Assembly: GCA_963721685.1 (NCBI GenBank)
Contig: CAVRJJ010000005.1
Coordinates: 311,367 to 375,366, forward strand
Origin: an uncultured bacterium
Lineage (GTDB): Bacteria; Patescibacteriota; Saccharimonadia; UBA4664; SCTI01
Direction: 5' to 3'
DNA length: 64,000 nt
This document shows, piece after piece, positions 19,384 to 28,519 of this stretch (positions are counted from its first letter, which is position 1; each line of letters opens with the position of its first letter). The notes below the pieces were generated by a model that was given only the letters and a program-made list of their open reading frames with translations, did no database searches and had not been told where the DNA came from. The translations under genes and the position numbers were made by a program.

Positions 19384-19473
19384 GCCATCACCGACCTAAA
19401 CCGAACGTCATTCACCATTTCACATATAATTTTATAATGTTCAGTTCGCAACTTGGCCGCCAACTCGCCCCAA
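19384..19473. repeat. att-like 90-bp repeat, copy 1
   Basis: 73/90 identical to copy 2 by manual alignment; ends in CTCGCCCCAA. Confidence 0.9.
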
Positions 19474-19586
19474 TTGCTTTCGAACTTATTTTACCTTGGC
19501 AAAGGCATTATTCGCTCTTCAAACCCGTAACGCTGAATGGGTTTCGAACCCTTAGTCGAGCCATGATTTTGCAATAATTGCGGGTT

Positions 19587-19619
19587 GCCCCGGCGCGACT
19601 GGGGAAGTCGCGCCGGGGC
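19587..19619 (-). terminator. GC-rich hairpin after the module 2 gene
   Basis: GCCCCGGCGCGACT-GGGGA-AGTCGCGCCGGGGC. Confidence 0.7.
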
Positions 19620-19636
19620 GAAGCGCGTAGTGCGCC

Positions 19637-20062
19637 CTAGTGCCGGTAGAGCAGGACGGGAGTGTTGCCCGGCAGGGCATCGAGGTATGCCCTGACTGCC
19701 CGGTTGCGGCTATGGATCGGCCAGTCGCCTTCGACGTGGTCGATCCCTGGAACCTCGATCTTGGCGAGATCCCTGGCGTATGCCCAGGTCATCTCGCCGC
19801 CGGTTGCGTCCGTTCTCGTCATCTCGTAGCCACCCTCGCGGAAGACGTAGATCTCGACGTCGGCCGGAAGCGGGTGCGTGTTGATGCGCGGTTCGTCCGG
19901 AATGTCGTGGCGGTGGCTTGCCATCTCCTTGACCCAAGCCAGGTCGAAGATCTGACCGAGGGTCTCGTAGTTCTGGCCCATCTCGAGGACGCTGTGCGGA
20001 TAGACCTCTCTGCTCGTGAGAGCATCAGTGCCCGCAATCAGCAGTCTGAGGTATTCTCCCAT
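19637..20062 (-). CDS. hypothetical protein, GC-rich (module 2 cargo)
   Basis: AAAGGAG RBS before MGEYLRLL; downstream hairpin; GC3-rich codons. Confidence 0.75.
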   Translation of the reverse strand: MGEYLRLLIAGTDALTSREVYPHSVLEMGQNYETLGQIFDLAWVKEMASHRHDIPDEPRINTHPLPADVEIYVFREGGYEMTRTDATGGEMTWAYARDLAKIEVPGIDHVEGDWPIHSRNRAVRAYLDALPGNTPVLLYRH

Positions 20063-20216
20063 GTCTGTGCTCCTTTCAAGAGCGGTTTGTGTGCAAGGGA
20101 TGCTATATAATAACATAAAATGCTTGAGTTATAAATGCTTTTATGGTGCAGTATAAATAATTCGTGCGGGCATCGCATTAACCACCATATATAGTATTCA
20201 CAATCCGGTAGGACTC

Positions 20217-20306
20217 GCCATTACCGACCGAAACCGTATATCATTTACCATTTCACAAATCGCTTTGTAGTGCTCGGTTCGCAACCTGAACGCCAACTCG
20301 CCCCAA
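20217..20306. repeat. att-like 90-bp repeat, copy 2
   Basis: Aligns without gaps to copy 1; ends in CTCGCCCCAA. Confidence 0.9.
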
Positions 20307-20471
20307 TATTGTTGCAATTATATGAAAAGTATGGTATTATAACGCCCATCTCACTTGAGAGTTCTTTCAATTATGTAATGGAGAGCCATTTGCGCATTGC
20401 TGTGCGTAGCTGGCTCTCCGTTTCTGCCGCGGCGAGCTCTACTACTACTTAGGCAGAACAAGGAGTTCACC

Positions 20472-20975
20472 GTGTACACTCACCTGTACGTTAGCTACAC
20501 CGACGCTGAGCGTCTGTTCAAGAAGTTCGGACGGAAGCCGCTTGGACCGGGCGAATCCGGATGCGTCACTCGCTCGACGCTCGATGAGCATTTCAGCGAG
20601 TTCGGCATGACCTACATCGACCGGCTGGACGCATCTCTCGAGCCCGACCGGACCGACGACACGTTCGTCCTCAAGTTCAGCAAGTACCTCCCGCATGTTC
20701 CGCGGGAGCTCGTCGAGATGGGCATCAAGGTTCTCAGGGTCGAGATGGTGCGCTACAACAGCGCACCGACCAGTGCTCGTGCCGGGTACTACGAGAGCCT
20801 GACCGGCTTCACCGCAACGGTGGAGAACGTCGTTTCGACACAGAACGGCAAAAGGGTTGGCGCGTATGCCCAGAACATCACGCTCACAGGCCCTTCCCTC
20901 ATGGCGGCGCAGCAGTTCAACTCGCAGCTGAGCGAGGGGGGCAGCAACCACTTGCTGGTGAACGCCTTCGAGTAA
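20472..20975 (+). CDS. hypothetical protein, GC-rich (module 3 cargo)
   Basis: AAGGAG RBS before GTG 20472; GC3-rich codons; hairpin GGCGGGCC-TACG-GGCCCGCC after the stop. Confidence 0.75.
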   Translation: MYTHLYVSYTDAERLFKKFGRKPLGPGESGCVTRSTLDEHFSEFGMTYIDRLDASLEPDRTDDTFVLKFSKYLPHVPRELVEMGIKVLRVEMVRYNSAPTSARAGYYESLTGFTATVENVVSTQNGKRVGAYAQNITLTGPSLMAAQQFNSQLSEGGSNHLLVNAFE

Positions 20976-21038
20976 GCAGAGACGGGAGCACAAGGCGGGC
21001 CTACGGGCCCGCCGCTTCCATTTATGCACTTATCGTTT

Positions 21039-21103
21039 TAAACCGAATATCATTAACCATTTCGCAAATAGCTTTATAGTGCTCGGTTCGTAACATGGAC
21101 GCC
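21039..21103. repeat. att-like repeat, copy 3 (truncated before the tRNA-like end)
   Basis: TAAACCGAATATCATTAACCATTTCGCAAATAGCTTTATAGTGCTCGGTTCGTAAC...CGCC aligns with copies 1 and 2. Confidence 0.85.
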
Positions 21104-21481
21104 CTTCGAAGCGGTAAAAGCGTAACGATTGATGTTTGGAGCCATCGGTCGAACTCCGATTATTTTAACCATGGCAAAATGAAACCGCGCACCCTTTTTC
21201 CAAGACCTATCATTCTTATTGAAGGCTACTTGGCACTTTGGAATCCAAAACTGAACGAGCAGTATGACCGCAAGTACTATATTGATTTGAATGAGGCGAC
21301 GCGCACGGCTCGAAGAAAAAATAAGATTATATATAGCGACGACATTGTAATCCCGATGCACAATAAATATATTGAACCAACCAAAAAACACGCTGATATT
21401 GTTTTTTACGTGGTCAAGATGAGCGCCGGAGAACTTCAGCGTAAAATAAGAGAAGATATTCGCTCGGCGTCGCTAGTGTGA
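21095..21481 (+). pseudogene. uridine kinase-like C-terminal fragment
   Basis: IILIEG...YIDL...R..R...MHNKYIEPTKKHAD motifs but no Walker A; 5' end fused to repeat copy 3. Confidence 0.65.
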
Positions 21482-21604
21482 ATGCAGTGTCAGGCAATTC
21501 TAAGCTAAGAGGGCTCTACAGATCCATCGGCATAAAGTATTTATGCTTGTTTACTCCAGGAAAAGTCCATGCTACGCTTACCTCAACAAATAGAGATTAT
21601 ACCT

Positions 21605-21904
21605 ATGATCGCAAAAAAGATTATTCACGGAGTATTAAGTGGAATAGTCGCATCCATACTCTTGGGAATGTTGGCCGCGAAATTGGGGGAAATGGCAGCA
21701 AATGGAGACCCCAGCGATGTCAGTGGCTTATACATTATTCTGATGCCGATAATGTTTGGGCCGATTGCCATTGCTATTGGTCTAGTGGCTTCATTTCTCC
21801 TATTAAGAAAATCTATAACCAAAAGAAGAGTACTCCTAATATATTTGGTTACCTTCCTTTTGATCTGCGTGGTTAGGTATGCATTTGCCGGAACAATCGC
21901 ATAA
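21605..21904 (+). CDS. small membrane protein
   Basis: Three hydrophobic segments. Confidence 0.55.
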   Translation: MIAKKIIHGVLSGIVASILLGMLAAKLGEMAANGDPSDVSGLYIILMPIMFGPIAIAIGLVASFLLLRKSITKRRVLLIYLVTFLLICVVRYAFAGTIA

Positions 21905-21972
21905 TTGCGCAAAGTTATCATTGTTGCCGTAGAATTCGGCAGCAACCTATTGCTATAATTTAAGCTGACTTA

Positions 21973-22482
21973 TTGGAGAAAAACATGCAAAAGTTCAAGC
22001 CGTTCATTTGGTTCAAAGATAACGCTGAAGAGGCGATGAATTACTATGTTTCCACTTTTAGAAACTCTAAAATCACGCACATTGAACGTTATAGCGGGGA
22101 TATGGGTATTCCTGGCGAGAAAGAACTGGCCGGGAAAGTACTGACAGGTGTTTTTGAACTGGACGGGCAGGAATTCCAGTGCCTCGATGGGGGACCGCAG
22201 TTTGAAATGACCGGAGCCATTTCATTTTTATGGGAGCTTGAGACCCAAGAAGAAATTGATGAAGTTTGGGAAAAGCTGGTTGACGGCGGTAAAGCCATAC
22301 AGTGTGGCTGGGTGACCGATAAGTTTGGCGTAACCTGGCAAATTACACCTGCAATTATGGGCCGGATGATGAGCGACCCATCGGCCACCCCCGAACAAAA
22401 GAAAGCCTTAATGCAGGCCATGATGCCCATGGTTAAGTTGGAGATAGCGCCGCTAGAAGCCGCCTTTAACGCGGCTAAATAG
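21973..22482 (+). CDS. VOC/PhnB family (3-demethylubiquinone-9 3-methyltransferase-like) protein
   Basis: PFIWF..NAEEAMNYY, LDGGP.F and CGWVTDKFGVTWQI motifs. Confidence 0.9.
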   Translation: MEKNMQKFKPFIWFKDNAEEAMNYYVSTFRNSKITHIERYSGDMGIPGEKELAGKVLTGVFELDGQEFQCLDGGPQFEMTGAISFLWELETQEEIDEVWEKLVDGGKAIQCGWVTDKFGVTWQITPAIMGRMMSDPSATPEQKKALMQAMMPMVKLEIAPLEAAFNAAK

Positions 22483-22510
22483 TGAAAATAAAATTCCTGG
22501 ATGGTTTATT

Positions 22511-22765
22511 TTAACGCGGCCCGGAATGTAGATCCTGAATTCTTCTTTGGGCGGCGAATGCATCACTCCGCGCGATGTCTTGGCTTGGGTCCTCAAGAAT
22601 CTGCAAAGCAGCTTCCAGGGCGCCAGGATGGCCGGCCGCGTAGGCTTCGGTATGTATATCTACTTTCTCCTTTGCCGTTAATGTTGGATCACTGGCAAGT
22701 TCGTCTACGCGGTCGTAGTCACCGGCGTAAGTAGCATTAACGGCTTCTGTCAATAAATCATTCAT
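22511..22765 (-). CDS. hypothetical protein
   Basis: 84-aa ORF coupled through an ATGA overlap to an upstream 47-aa ORF starting near 22905. Confidence 0.45.
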   Translation of the reverse strand: MNDLLTEAVNATYAGDYDRVDELASDPTLTAKEKVDIHTEAYAAGHPGALEAALQILEDPSQDIARSDAFAAQRRIQDLHSGPR

Positions 22766-22958
22766 TTCCCGAGTAGTTCTAGCAGCGGTTGGGTGCTCGG
22801 TTCAGGTTGTCGGCTTCTCATGAGATCCGCCGCAAGGTTTCTGGCTCTGGCAAATGGCTTGTCCGAATTGCCGCCTGTCTCACTCCGCTCATCTTCAATA
22901 CCCATAGTGTACTATCCTTATGGTTACGTTGACCTAATCCTAACATATTGTGCCGTCT

Positions 22959-23231
22959 CTACACGTAGTCGGTATCGATATAGCAGTAGCGCCATTCTTT
23001 GGTGTTAGCGGCAGCTGTTTTGAATGACTCAATAATAGGATGTCCGGTTTCATTAAAGTGCTTGCGGGCGTGCTGGCGGGGGGAGCGGTCGCAGCAGGCT
23101 ACCTTTCCGCAAGAGAGGCACTGGCGCAACTCTACGAGGTCGACTCCTTCGGCCACGCACTCTTGGCAGGTATCACTGCTTGGGGCCACTTCTTTAATTT
23201 GGTCTTGATGGGTGCAGATTGAATTAGGCAT
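22959..23231 (-). CDS. UBP-type zinc finger protein
   Basis: CTH...CQEC...LRQCLSCGKVACCD.SP.QHARKHF..TGHP...WRYCYID. Confidence 0.9.
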   Translation of the reverse strand: MPNSICTHQDQIKEVAPSSDTCQECVAEGVDLVELRQCLSCGKVACCDRSPRQHARKHFNETGHPIIESFKTAAANTKEWRYCYIDTDYV

Positions 23232-23323
23232 TGTTTCTCCAGAATTATATAGGAAGTATATCAGGGTATATCTTGGAGGAATGCACAAGAATGGTGAACA
23301 CTAAAGATGATATTTATAAATAG

Positions 23324-24940
23324 ATGAAGCAATTGTGGTATAAAAACGCCGTTATTTACGCGGTGGATGTTAGTACATTCCAAGACAGCAACGATGATGG
23401 GATAGGTGATTTTCCAGGGCTCACCAAACGCTTAGATCATTTGGCGTATATGGGTGTTGACTGCATCTGGGTGTTGCCCTTCTTTCCCAGCCCCCGACGG
23501 GATAATGGCTACGACGTCACCAACTATGTTGATATTGATCCCCGCTTTGGAACCTTTGATGACTTCAGGAAGTTTATTAAGCGTGCCGACGAGTTGGAGA
23601 TACGAGTGCTTATTGATTTGGTGGTACACCATACGTCAGACCGTCATCCGTGGTTTGAGGCGGCGCGGTCTGACCGGACTTCCAAATACCGCGACTACTA
23701 TATCTGGAGTGATGACCTCCCTTCTATAAAAACCGAAAAAAGCTTTTTCCCAGAAGTGGAGTCAGGCGTGTGGCGCTACGACCCGATTTCCGAATCCTAC
23801 TACCGGCATGGGTTTTACCATTTTCAACCGGATCTGAACTTTGCGAACCCCCATGTTCGCCAAGAGGTATTTAACATTGTGGATTTCTGGCTTTCCTATG
23901 GTATCAGCGGTTTTCGCATTGACGCCGCTAACTGGATCATGGGCCTTAAGGGTCTGCCTGGAACAGAGGTAAAGGACCCTGGTGCCTTTTGGAAAAAAAT
24001 CCACGATTTTATTCGGAAGCGGCGGGAGGACGCGGCCCTTTTGGTGGAAGCGGACATGGAGAAGGAGGAGATACCCAGCTTTGTCTTAGGCGGCAAAGGA
24101 GTGCAAATGCTAAAAAACTTTTGGGGAAATCAAACAATGCTTTACGCGCTGGCATCTGAAAAAGCTCAACCGTTGCTCGATACGCTTAACGAGCTTCCGG
24201 TTATGCCCACAGAATCCCAATATGTAAATTTTTTACGTAATCTCGATGAAGCGAACATCGAGCGTCTCACCACCGAGGAACAAGATGTGGTTTACCGCAA
24301 ATTCGGAGCCAAGAAAACCATGCAGGTGTATGGCCGGGGGATCCGGCGGCGGCTTGCCCCTATGTTAAAGGGCAATATAAAACAGTTAAAAATGGCGCAC
24401 AGTTTATTGTTTTCGATGCCTGGAGCGCCACTAATACCATACGGTGACGAGATAGGGATGGGGGATAATTTAAAACTTCAGGAGCGTGACGCGGTGCGGG
24501 TTCCGATGCAATGGGCAAACGAGCCTTATGGCGGTTTCTCCACTACCGATGTGTGCGATATTGTAGACCGACGCGTACGGGAAAAGCAATTCCATTACCG
24601 GCGGGTGAATGTGGCTGCGCAGAAAAACGATTCCGACTCTTTGCTTAATTGCATAAAAAAACTGATTGAATTGCGGAAGAAATATCCGATAGTTGGCGCC
24701 AGTAACTTTGAGGCCTTAGTAACCGACCGCCCCGATGTAGTAGCCTTAAAAGTGGAAAATGGGAACGCCAGGTTTATAAGTTTTCATAACCTATCAAGCA
24801 AAGCTTGTATTGCTAAGCTCAAGATTCCCGCGCACCTTAAAGGGCTAAAAGAAGTTATGTCGGATAGTGAATACGAAGCTCCCAGCGATGGATTGCGTCT
24901 TGAAGCGTATGGATGGAGGTGGTTCACCGATGGCCGATGA
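23324..24940 (+). CDS. GH13 alpha-amylase / trehalose synthase-like protein
   Basis: WYKNAVIY, DGIGDF.GL, DNGYDV, QPDLN, GFRIDA, GIRRRLAPML and YGDEIGMG motifs. Confidence 0.88.
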   Translation: MKQLWYKNAVIYAVDVSTFQDSNDDGIGDFPGLTKRLDHLAYMGVDCIWVLPFFPSPRRDNGYDVTNYVDIDPRFGTFDDFRKFIKRADELEIRVLIDLVVHHTSDRHPWFEAARSDRTSKYRDYYIWSDDLPSIKTEKSFFPEVESGVWRYDPISESYYRHGFYHFQPDLNFANPHVRQEVFNIVDFWLSYGISGFRIDAANWIMGLKGLPGTEVKDPGAFWKKIHDFIRKRREDAALLVEADMEKEEIPSFVLGGKGVQMLKNFWGNQTMLYALASEKAQPLLDTLNELPVMPTESQYVNFLRNLDEANIERLTTEEQDVVYRKFGAKKTMQVYGRGIRRRLAPMLKGNIKQLKMAHSLLFSMPGAPLIPYGDEIGMGDNLKLQERDAVRVPMQWANEPYGGFSTTDVCDIVDRRVREKQFHYRRVNVAAQKNDSDSLLNCIKKLIELRKKYPIVGASNFEALVTDRPDVVALKVENGNARFISFHNLSSKACIAKLKIPAHLKGLKEVMSDSEYEAPSDGLRLEAYGWRWFTDGR

Positions 24941-26561
24941 GGCAACCTTTCCTTACTTAAAAGGGAAAGTGGTCTACCAGATTTATCCCCGCAGCTTTTA
25001 TGACGCTAATGGCGACGGCGTTGGTGATATCCCGGGTATTATTCAAAAGCTTGATTATTTGAATGATGGAACCCGCAATTCGCTTGGCATCAATATGATT
25101 TGGCTGTCTCCGTTTTACCCATCGCCCATGAATGACTTTGGCTATGACGTGGCAGATTATTGCGGGGTTGATCCATTGTTTGGCACATTGGACGATTTTC
25201 AGCAGCTTGTGGCTGAGGCGCATCGGCGTGATATTACGATTATGATCGACTTCGTGCCCAACCATACCTCCCATGAACATCCGTGGTTTCAAAACTCCCG
25301 CGCATCACGCGCCAGCGCTAAACGCGACTGGTATATTTGGCGCGATCCCAAGCCTGACGGTTCGCCGCCCAATAACTGGCTAAGTGTGTTTGGGGGATCG
25401 GCCTGGGAATATGATGCTGAAACAAAACAGTACTATATGCATAGCTTTTTGGCGCAGCAGCCGGATTTAAACTGGGAAAACCCGGACCTTCGCGCTGCTA
25501 TGATGCAGGCCATGCGGTTTTGGTTGGACTTAGGGGTTGATGGTATTCGGGTTGACGCGGTTGACTGGATGGCGAAAGACCAGCAGTTTCGCGACAATCC
25601 GCCGAACCTTCATTACTCGCCCGGGGTTGATGATCCCTACCACGCCTATGAGCGCAAATATAGTCAAAATGCCCCCCAACTCTATAGCTATTTGCGCGAA
25701 ATGGCAGAAGTTGTTAAAGACTATCCCAAAGGCTTTATGGTAACGGAGACCTACCCGGACCGCCGCAATATTGTTTCAGAATACTTAAAATTGTATGACC
25801 GCTATTTAGCGGAAGTGTCGGCTCCGTTTAACTTTGAAGGCATATTACTTCCCTGGACCGCGATATCGTTTAAGACGTTTATTGACCGCTTCCAAGCCGG
25901 ATTAAAGCCGAATCATATTCCCATATATGTGCTAGGCAACCATGATAACTCGCGGCTGGTAACGCGTATCGGCCAAGATGCTGCCCGCGCCGCCGCGCTC
26001 ATGCTTCTGACACTCCCGGGAATTGCATTTATTTATTACGGCGATGAATTGGGGATGACCGATGTGCACATTACTCCGGAAAAAGTTCGAGACCCCTTTG
26101 AAAAGCGGGTGCCCGGCATGGGTCTTGGGCGCGATCCTGAGCGTACGCCAATGCAATGGTCTGCTTTGCCTAACGCCGGTTTTTCCAAAGTTAAGCCTTG
26201 GCTTCCGGTGGGCTCCAACTTTAAAGAAGTTAACGCGGTGCAGGAGGGGAATGACCAACGTTCAATCTTATCGATGTACCGCAAGCTTATTCAGCTTCGG
26301 CGTCTTTCCCCCATTCTCCAGTACGGCAACTACGAATCGCTTGAAATTAATAACGCGTTCGTCTTTGGCTTTGCCCGTTCTTACAAGGGGCACGCATTGG
26401 CGGTTGTCCTTAACTTTTCTGACCAAGAAGTTGAATTTAATACCGCGCTTAAAGAAGGGGTTTTAATGTATACCACCCATGGCGATGCTGAAGCCCGTCC
26501 TATCCACCTTTCCAAACACGGGTTGCGTCCAAATGAAGGCCAAATTGTAACCTTGCTTTAA
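24930..26561 (+). CDS. GH13 alpha-glucosidase (oligo-1,6-glucosidase-like)
   Basis: YQIYPRSF.D, DFGYDV, PNHTS, GIRVDAV, LGNHD and RDPERTPMQW motifs. Confidence 0.92.
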   Translation: MADEATFPYLKGKVVYQIYPRSFYDANGDGVGDIPGIIQKLDYLNDGTRNSLGINMIWLSPFYPSPMNDFGYDVADYCGVDPLFGTLDDFQQLVAEAHRRDITIMIDFVPNHTSHEHPWFQNSRASRASAKRDWYIWRDPKPDGSPPNNWLSVFGGSAWEYDAETKQYYMHSFLAQQPDLNWENPDLRAAMMQAMRFWLDLGVDGIRVDAVDWMAKDQQFRDNPPNLHYSPGVDDPYHAYERKYSQNAPQLYSYLREMAEVVKDYPKGFMVTETYPDRRNIVSEYLKLYDRYLAEVSAPFNFEGILLPWTAISFKTFIDRFQAGLKPNHIPIYVLGNHDNSRLVTRIGQDAARAAALMLLTLPGIAFIYYGDELGMTDVHITPEKVRDPFEKRVPGMGLGRDPERTPMQWSALPNAGFSKVKPWLPVGSNFKEVNAVQEGNDQRSILSMYRKLIQLRRLSPILQYGNYESLEINNAFVFGFARSYKGHALAVVLNFSDQEVEFNTALKEGVLMYTTHGDAEARPIHLSKHGLRPNEGQIVTLL

Positions 26562-26622
26562 TTAAAGCTGTCCAACCACTGAATAATATTGTAGCAATTT
26601 ATTCTCCTGCTATATTGAAAGT

Positions 26623-27105
26623 ATGAAAGCCAACGTGGTGCCAGATTTTAAAGAAATATTTGAAGGGTTGCCCGGCGCATATTTAATTTTATCGCCAGCT
26701 TTTATTATCCTGGCTGCCACAGACTCCTACCTGCGGGCCGCGCTAAGGGAACGAGAAACTATTGTAGGCAAATATCTGTTTGATGTATTCCCCGATAATC
26801 CCGAGGACCCTAAGGCCGATGGGGTTGCGAATTTAACCAAATCATTGCAGGCCGTGCTCGCGACCAAAAAGCCCCACGCCATGGATATTCAAAAGTACGA
26901 TATTCAATTGCCCGAAAAGCTTGGGGGAGGATGGGAGAAAAGGTATTGGCGGCCAAGCAACTCACCGATTCTCGATAATCGAGGAAACGTACGCTACATT
27001 GCACACTTGGTCGAGGATGTTACCCGTTTGGTTGACTCATTAGGAGCGGCGATGGATAAGCAAGAAACGATGCGTAAAGAGAAACCTAGGGAATCGCTAG
27101 GCTAG
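26623..27105 (+). CDS. stand-alone PAS domain protein
   Basis: IFEGLPG.YLIL, GKYLFDVFPDNP and YW.P.NSPILD..G.V.YI.H.VEDVT motifs. Confidence 0.85.
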   Translation: MKANVVPDFKEIFEGLPGAYLILSPAFIILAATDSYLRAALRERETIVGKYLFDVFPDNPEDPKADGVANLTKSLQAVLATKKPHAMDIQKYDIQLPEKLGGGWEKRYWRPSNSPILDNRGNVRYIAHLVEDVTRLVDSLGAAMDKQETMRKEKPRESLG

Positions 27106-27125
27106 CCGGATGAAAAAAGGCGCCA

Positions 27126-27923
27126 ATGCGTACCTTAAAAACTAGCACCCATTATGTAAGTATTTGTCTGCTGCTGGTTGCGGCGGTGGCGCTGATTGGG
27201 TTGCAGGTAAAACCATGGGGATGGATACTTTTACTGCTATCGTCGATCAGCTTACTACTTACCAAAAAACAGTTTGCCAAAGACATCTTTCTGCTGAATA
27301 TAGCCATCGCGATCCTTGGGATTACACCGATTACTACCGATATTAGTTACTCCCATATGGCCATAATGGGAGTAACGTTAGCATTAGCACTGATCGTTCC
27401 TTATGTCGTATCACGCTTTGTCTATAAGGATTATCGGGTACGTTTTCCATTCCATCATGGCCGGAGCTGGTATAAAACCGAAATTGCCTATATTTTCATT
27501 ACAGCGCTTATCTCGTATTTCTTGCTGCCATTTTACTTAGTTAACACCGGTACTTACACCAACTGGCCGGCGGGAACGGACGCTTCAAGTCTTGTCCGGT
27601 TGTTTATTGGTACCAACGGCTTGGGCATTTGGGATGAACTGTTTTTCATTTGTACCGCTCTGGGCTTATTGCGCCACCATTTTAAATTTTACCTGGCCAA
27701 TATTTTTCAGGCGGTACTTTTTGCGGCCTTTCTTTACGAACTCGGTTTTAGGGGATGGGGACCCGTAATGATATTCATATTCGCTTTCGTACAAGGCTAC
27801 GTGTTTAAAAAAACCGAGTCACTCGTATATGTAATAACCATTCACTTAACGCTGGACTTGGTGCTGTTCTTGGCTCTTATTCACGCGCATCATCCGGAAT
27901 TAATAAAAATTTTCTTAATCTAG
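27126..27923 (+). CDS. CPBP/Abi family intramembrane protease-like protein
   Basis: Multiple TMs; WDELFF, LYELGF and IH motifs. Confidence 0.75.
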   Translation: MRTLKTSTHYVSICLLLVAAVALIGLQVKPWGWILLLLSSISLLLTKKQFAKDIFLLNIAIAILGITPITTDISYSHMAIMGVTLALALIVPYVVSRFVYKDYRVRFPFHHGRSWYKTEIAYIFITALISYFLLPFYLVNTGTYTNWPAGTDASSLVRLFIGTNGLGIWDELFFICTALGLLRHHFKFYLANIFQAVLFAAFLYELGFRGWGPVMIFIFAFVQGYVFKKTESLVYVITIHLTLDLVLFLALIHAHHPELIKIFLI

Positions 27924-27927
27924 CGTT

Positions 27928-28362
27928 CTACTCTTTGAGCCCCTTGGCCAGTTTAGCGAGCAAGTTGTAGTAGGTTAGCAGCTCGGCGGCGTTTAAATCG
28001 TTAAGATCTGCCCGCAGCGATTTTCGCACGTGTTTTTCTACCACCGGAATCAACTCCTCACCCTTTGGCGTAAGTGAGACGTGGGTGCTCCGCTTGTCTT
28101 CGCCGTCCGCGTTGCGCCGGACTAGGCCTTGCTTCTCTAATTTTGCGATGAGGGCAGAAGGGTGTGATACTTTGCTTTTCAAAGCTTTTGCCAGGTCGCT
28201 GGGAATCATTGAACCGGCATCATGGATGGTTCCTAACAGGGACCATTCCGGGATGCTTATGTTATAGGGCGCCAAGGCAGCATGGTAGTGGTGCTGAAGG
28301 CGCCGGTAGGCTTGAGCCTGGACCAGTCCGATTTGATATGTAGTTCCGGGATTGAATTTCAT
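27928..28362 (-). CDS. MarR family transcriptional regulator
   Basis: LEKQGLV.R....DKRS..V.LT.KG winged-helix motif. Confidence 0.92.
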   Translation of the reverse strand: MKFNPGTTYQIGLVQAQAYRRLQHHYHAALAPYNISIPEWSLLGTIHDAGSMIPSDLAKALKSKVSHPSALIAKLEKQGLVRRNADGEDKRSTHVSLTPKGEELIPVVEKHVRKSLRADLNDLNAAELLTYYNLLAKLAKGLKE

Positions 28363-28474
28363 AATTGAATATTGAAGTTACCATTTTTAGAGGCCTTTTT
28401 CAAGCTTTACCACGCGCGGGGAAGTTCTCCTTGACTAGTTCATTTAAGCAGCATACAATCATTACGTAAAGTAT

Positions 28475-28487
28475 TTAAGCAACTTAA
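28475..28487. promoter_or_regulatory. candidate MarR operator
   Basis: Palindrome TTAAG-CAA-CTTAA in the divergent intergenic region; half-site ATTTAAGCA repeated at 28442. Confidence 0.5.
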
Positions 28488-28519
28488 CTAAATAACATAA
28501 CTAGTTATAAGGAGGCAGT

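Larger units (their letters stand above)
18050..21103. mobile_element. tandem array of three small integrase-less modules at the tRNA-His 3' end
   Basis: The tRNA end CTCGCCCCAA recurs at 19464 and 20297 as the end of a conserved 90-bp repeat; a third copy is truncated; one cargo gene per module. Confidence 0.7.

Noticed and set aside
19640-21029. Opposite-strand ORFs 19640..20110 and 20445..21029
   Set aside because: Shadows of GC-rich genes; the RBSs and terminators support the other strand.
19384-21103. CRISPR array or classical integron attC sites
   Set aside because: The repeats are 90 bp with 0.7-1.3 kb gene-containing spacers, have no attC-like palindrome, and no cas or intI gene is present.
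22511-22905. TGA read-through or alternative genetic code
   Set aside because: The two small ORFs are in different frames with an ATGA overlap, and core genes such as yebC, ruvC and ruvB end normally at TGA.
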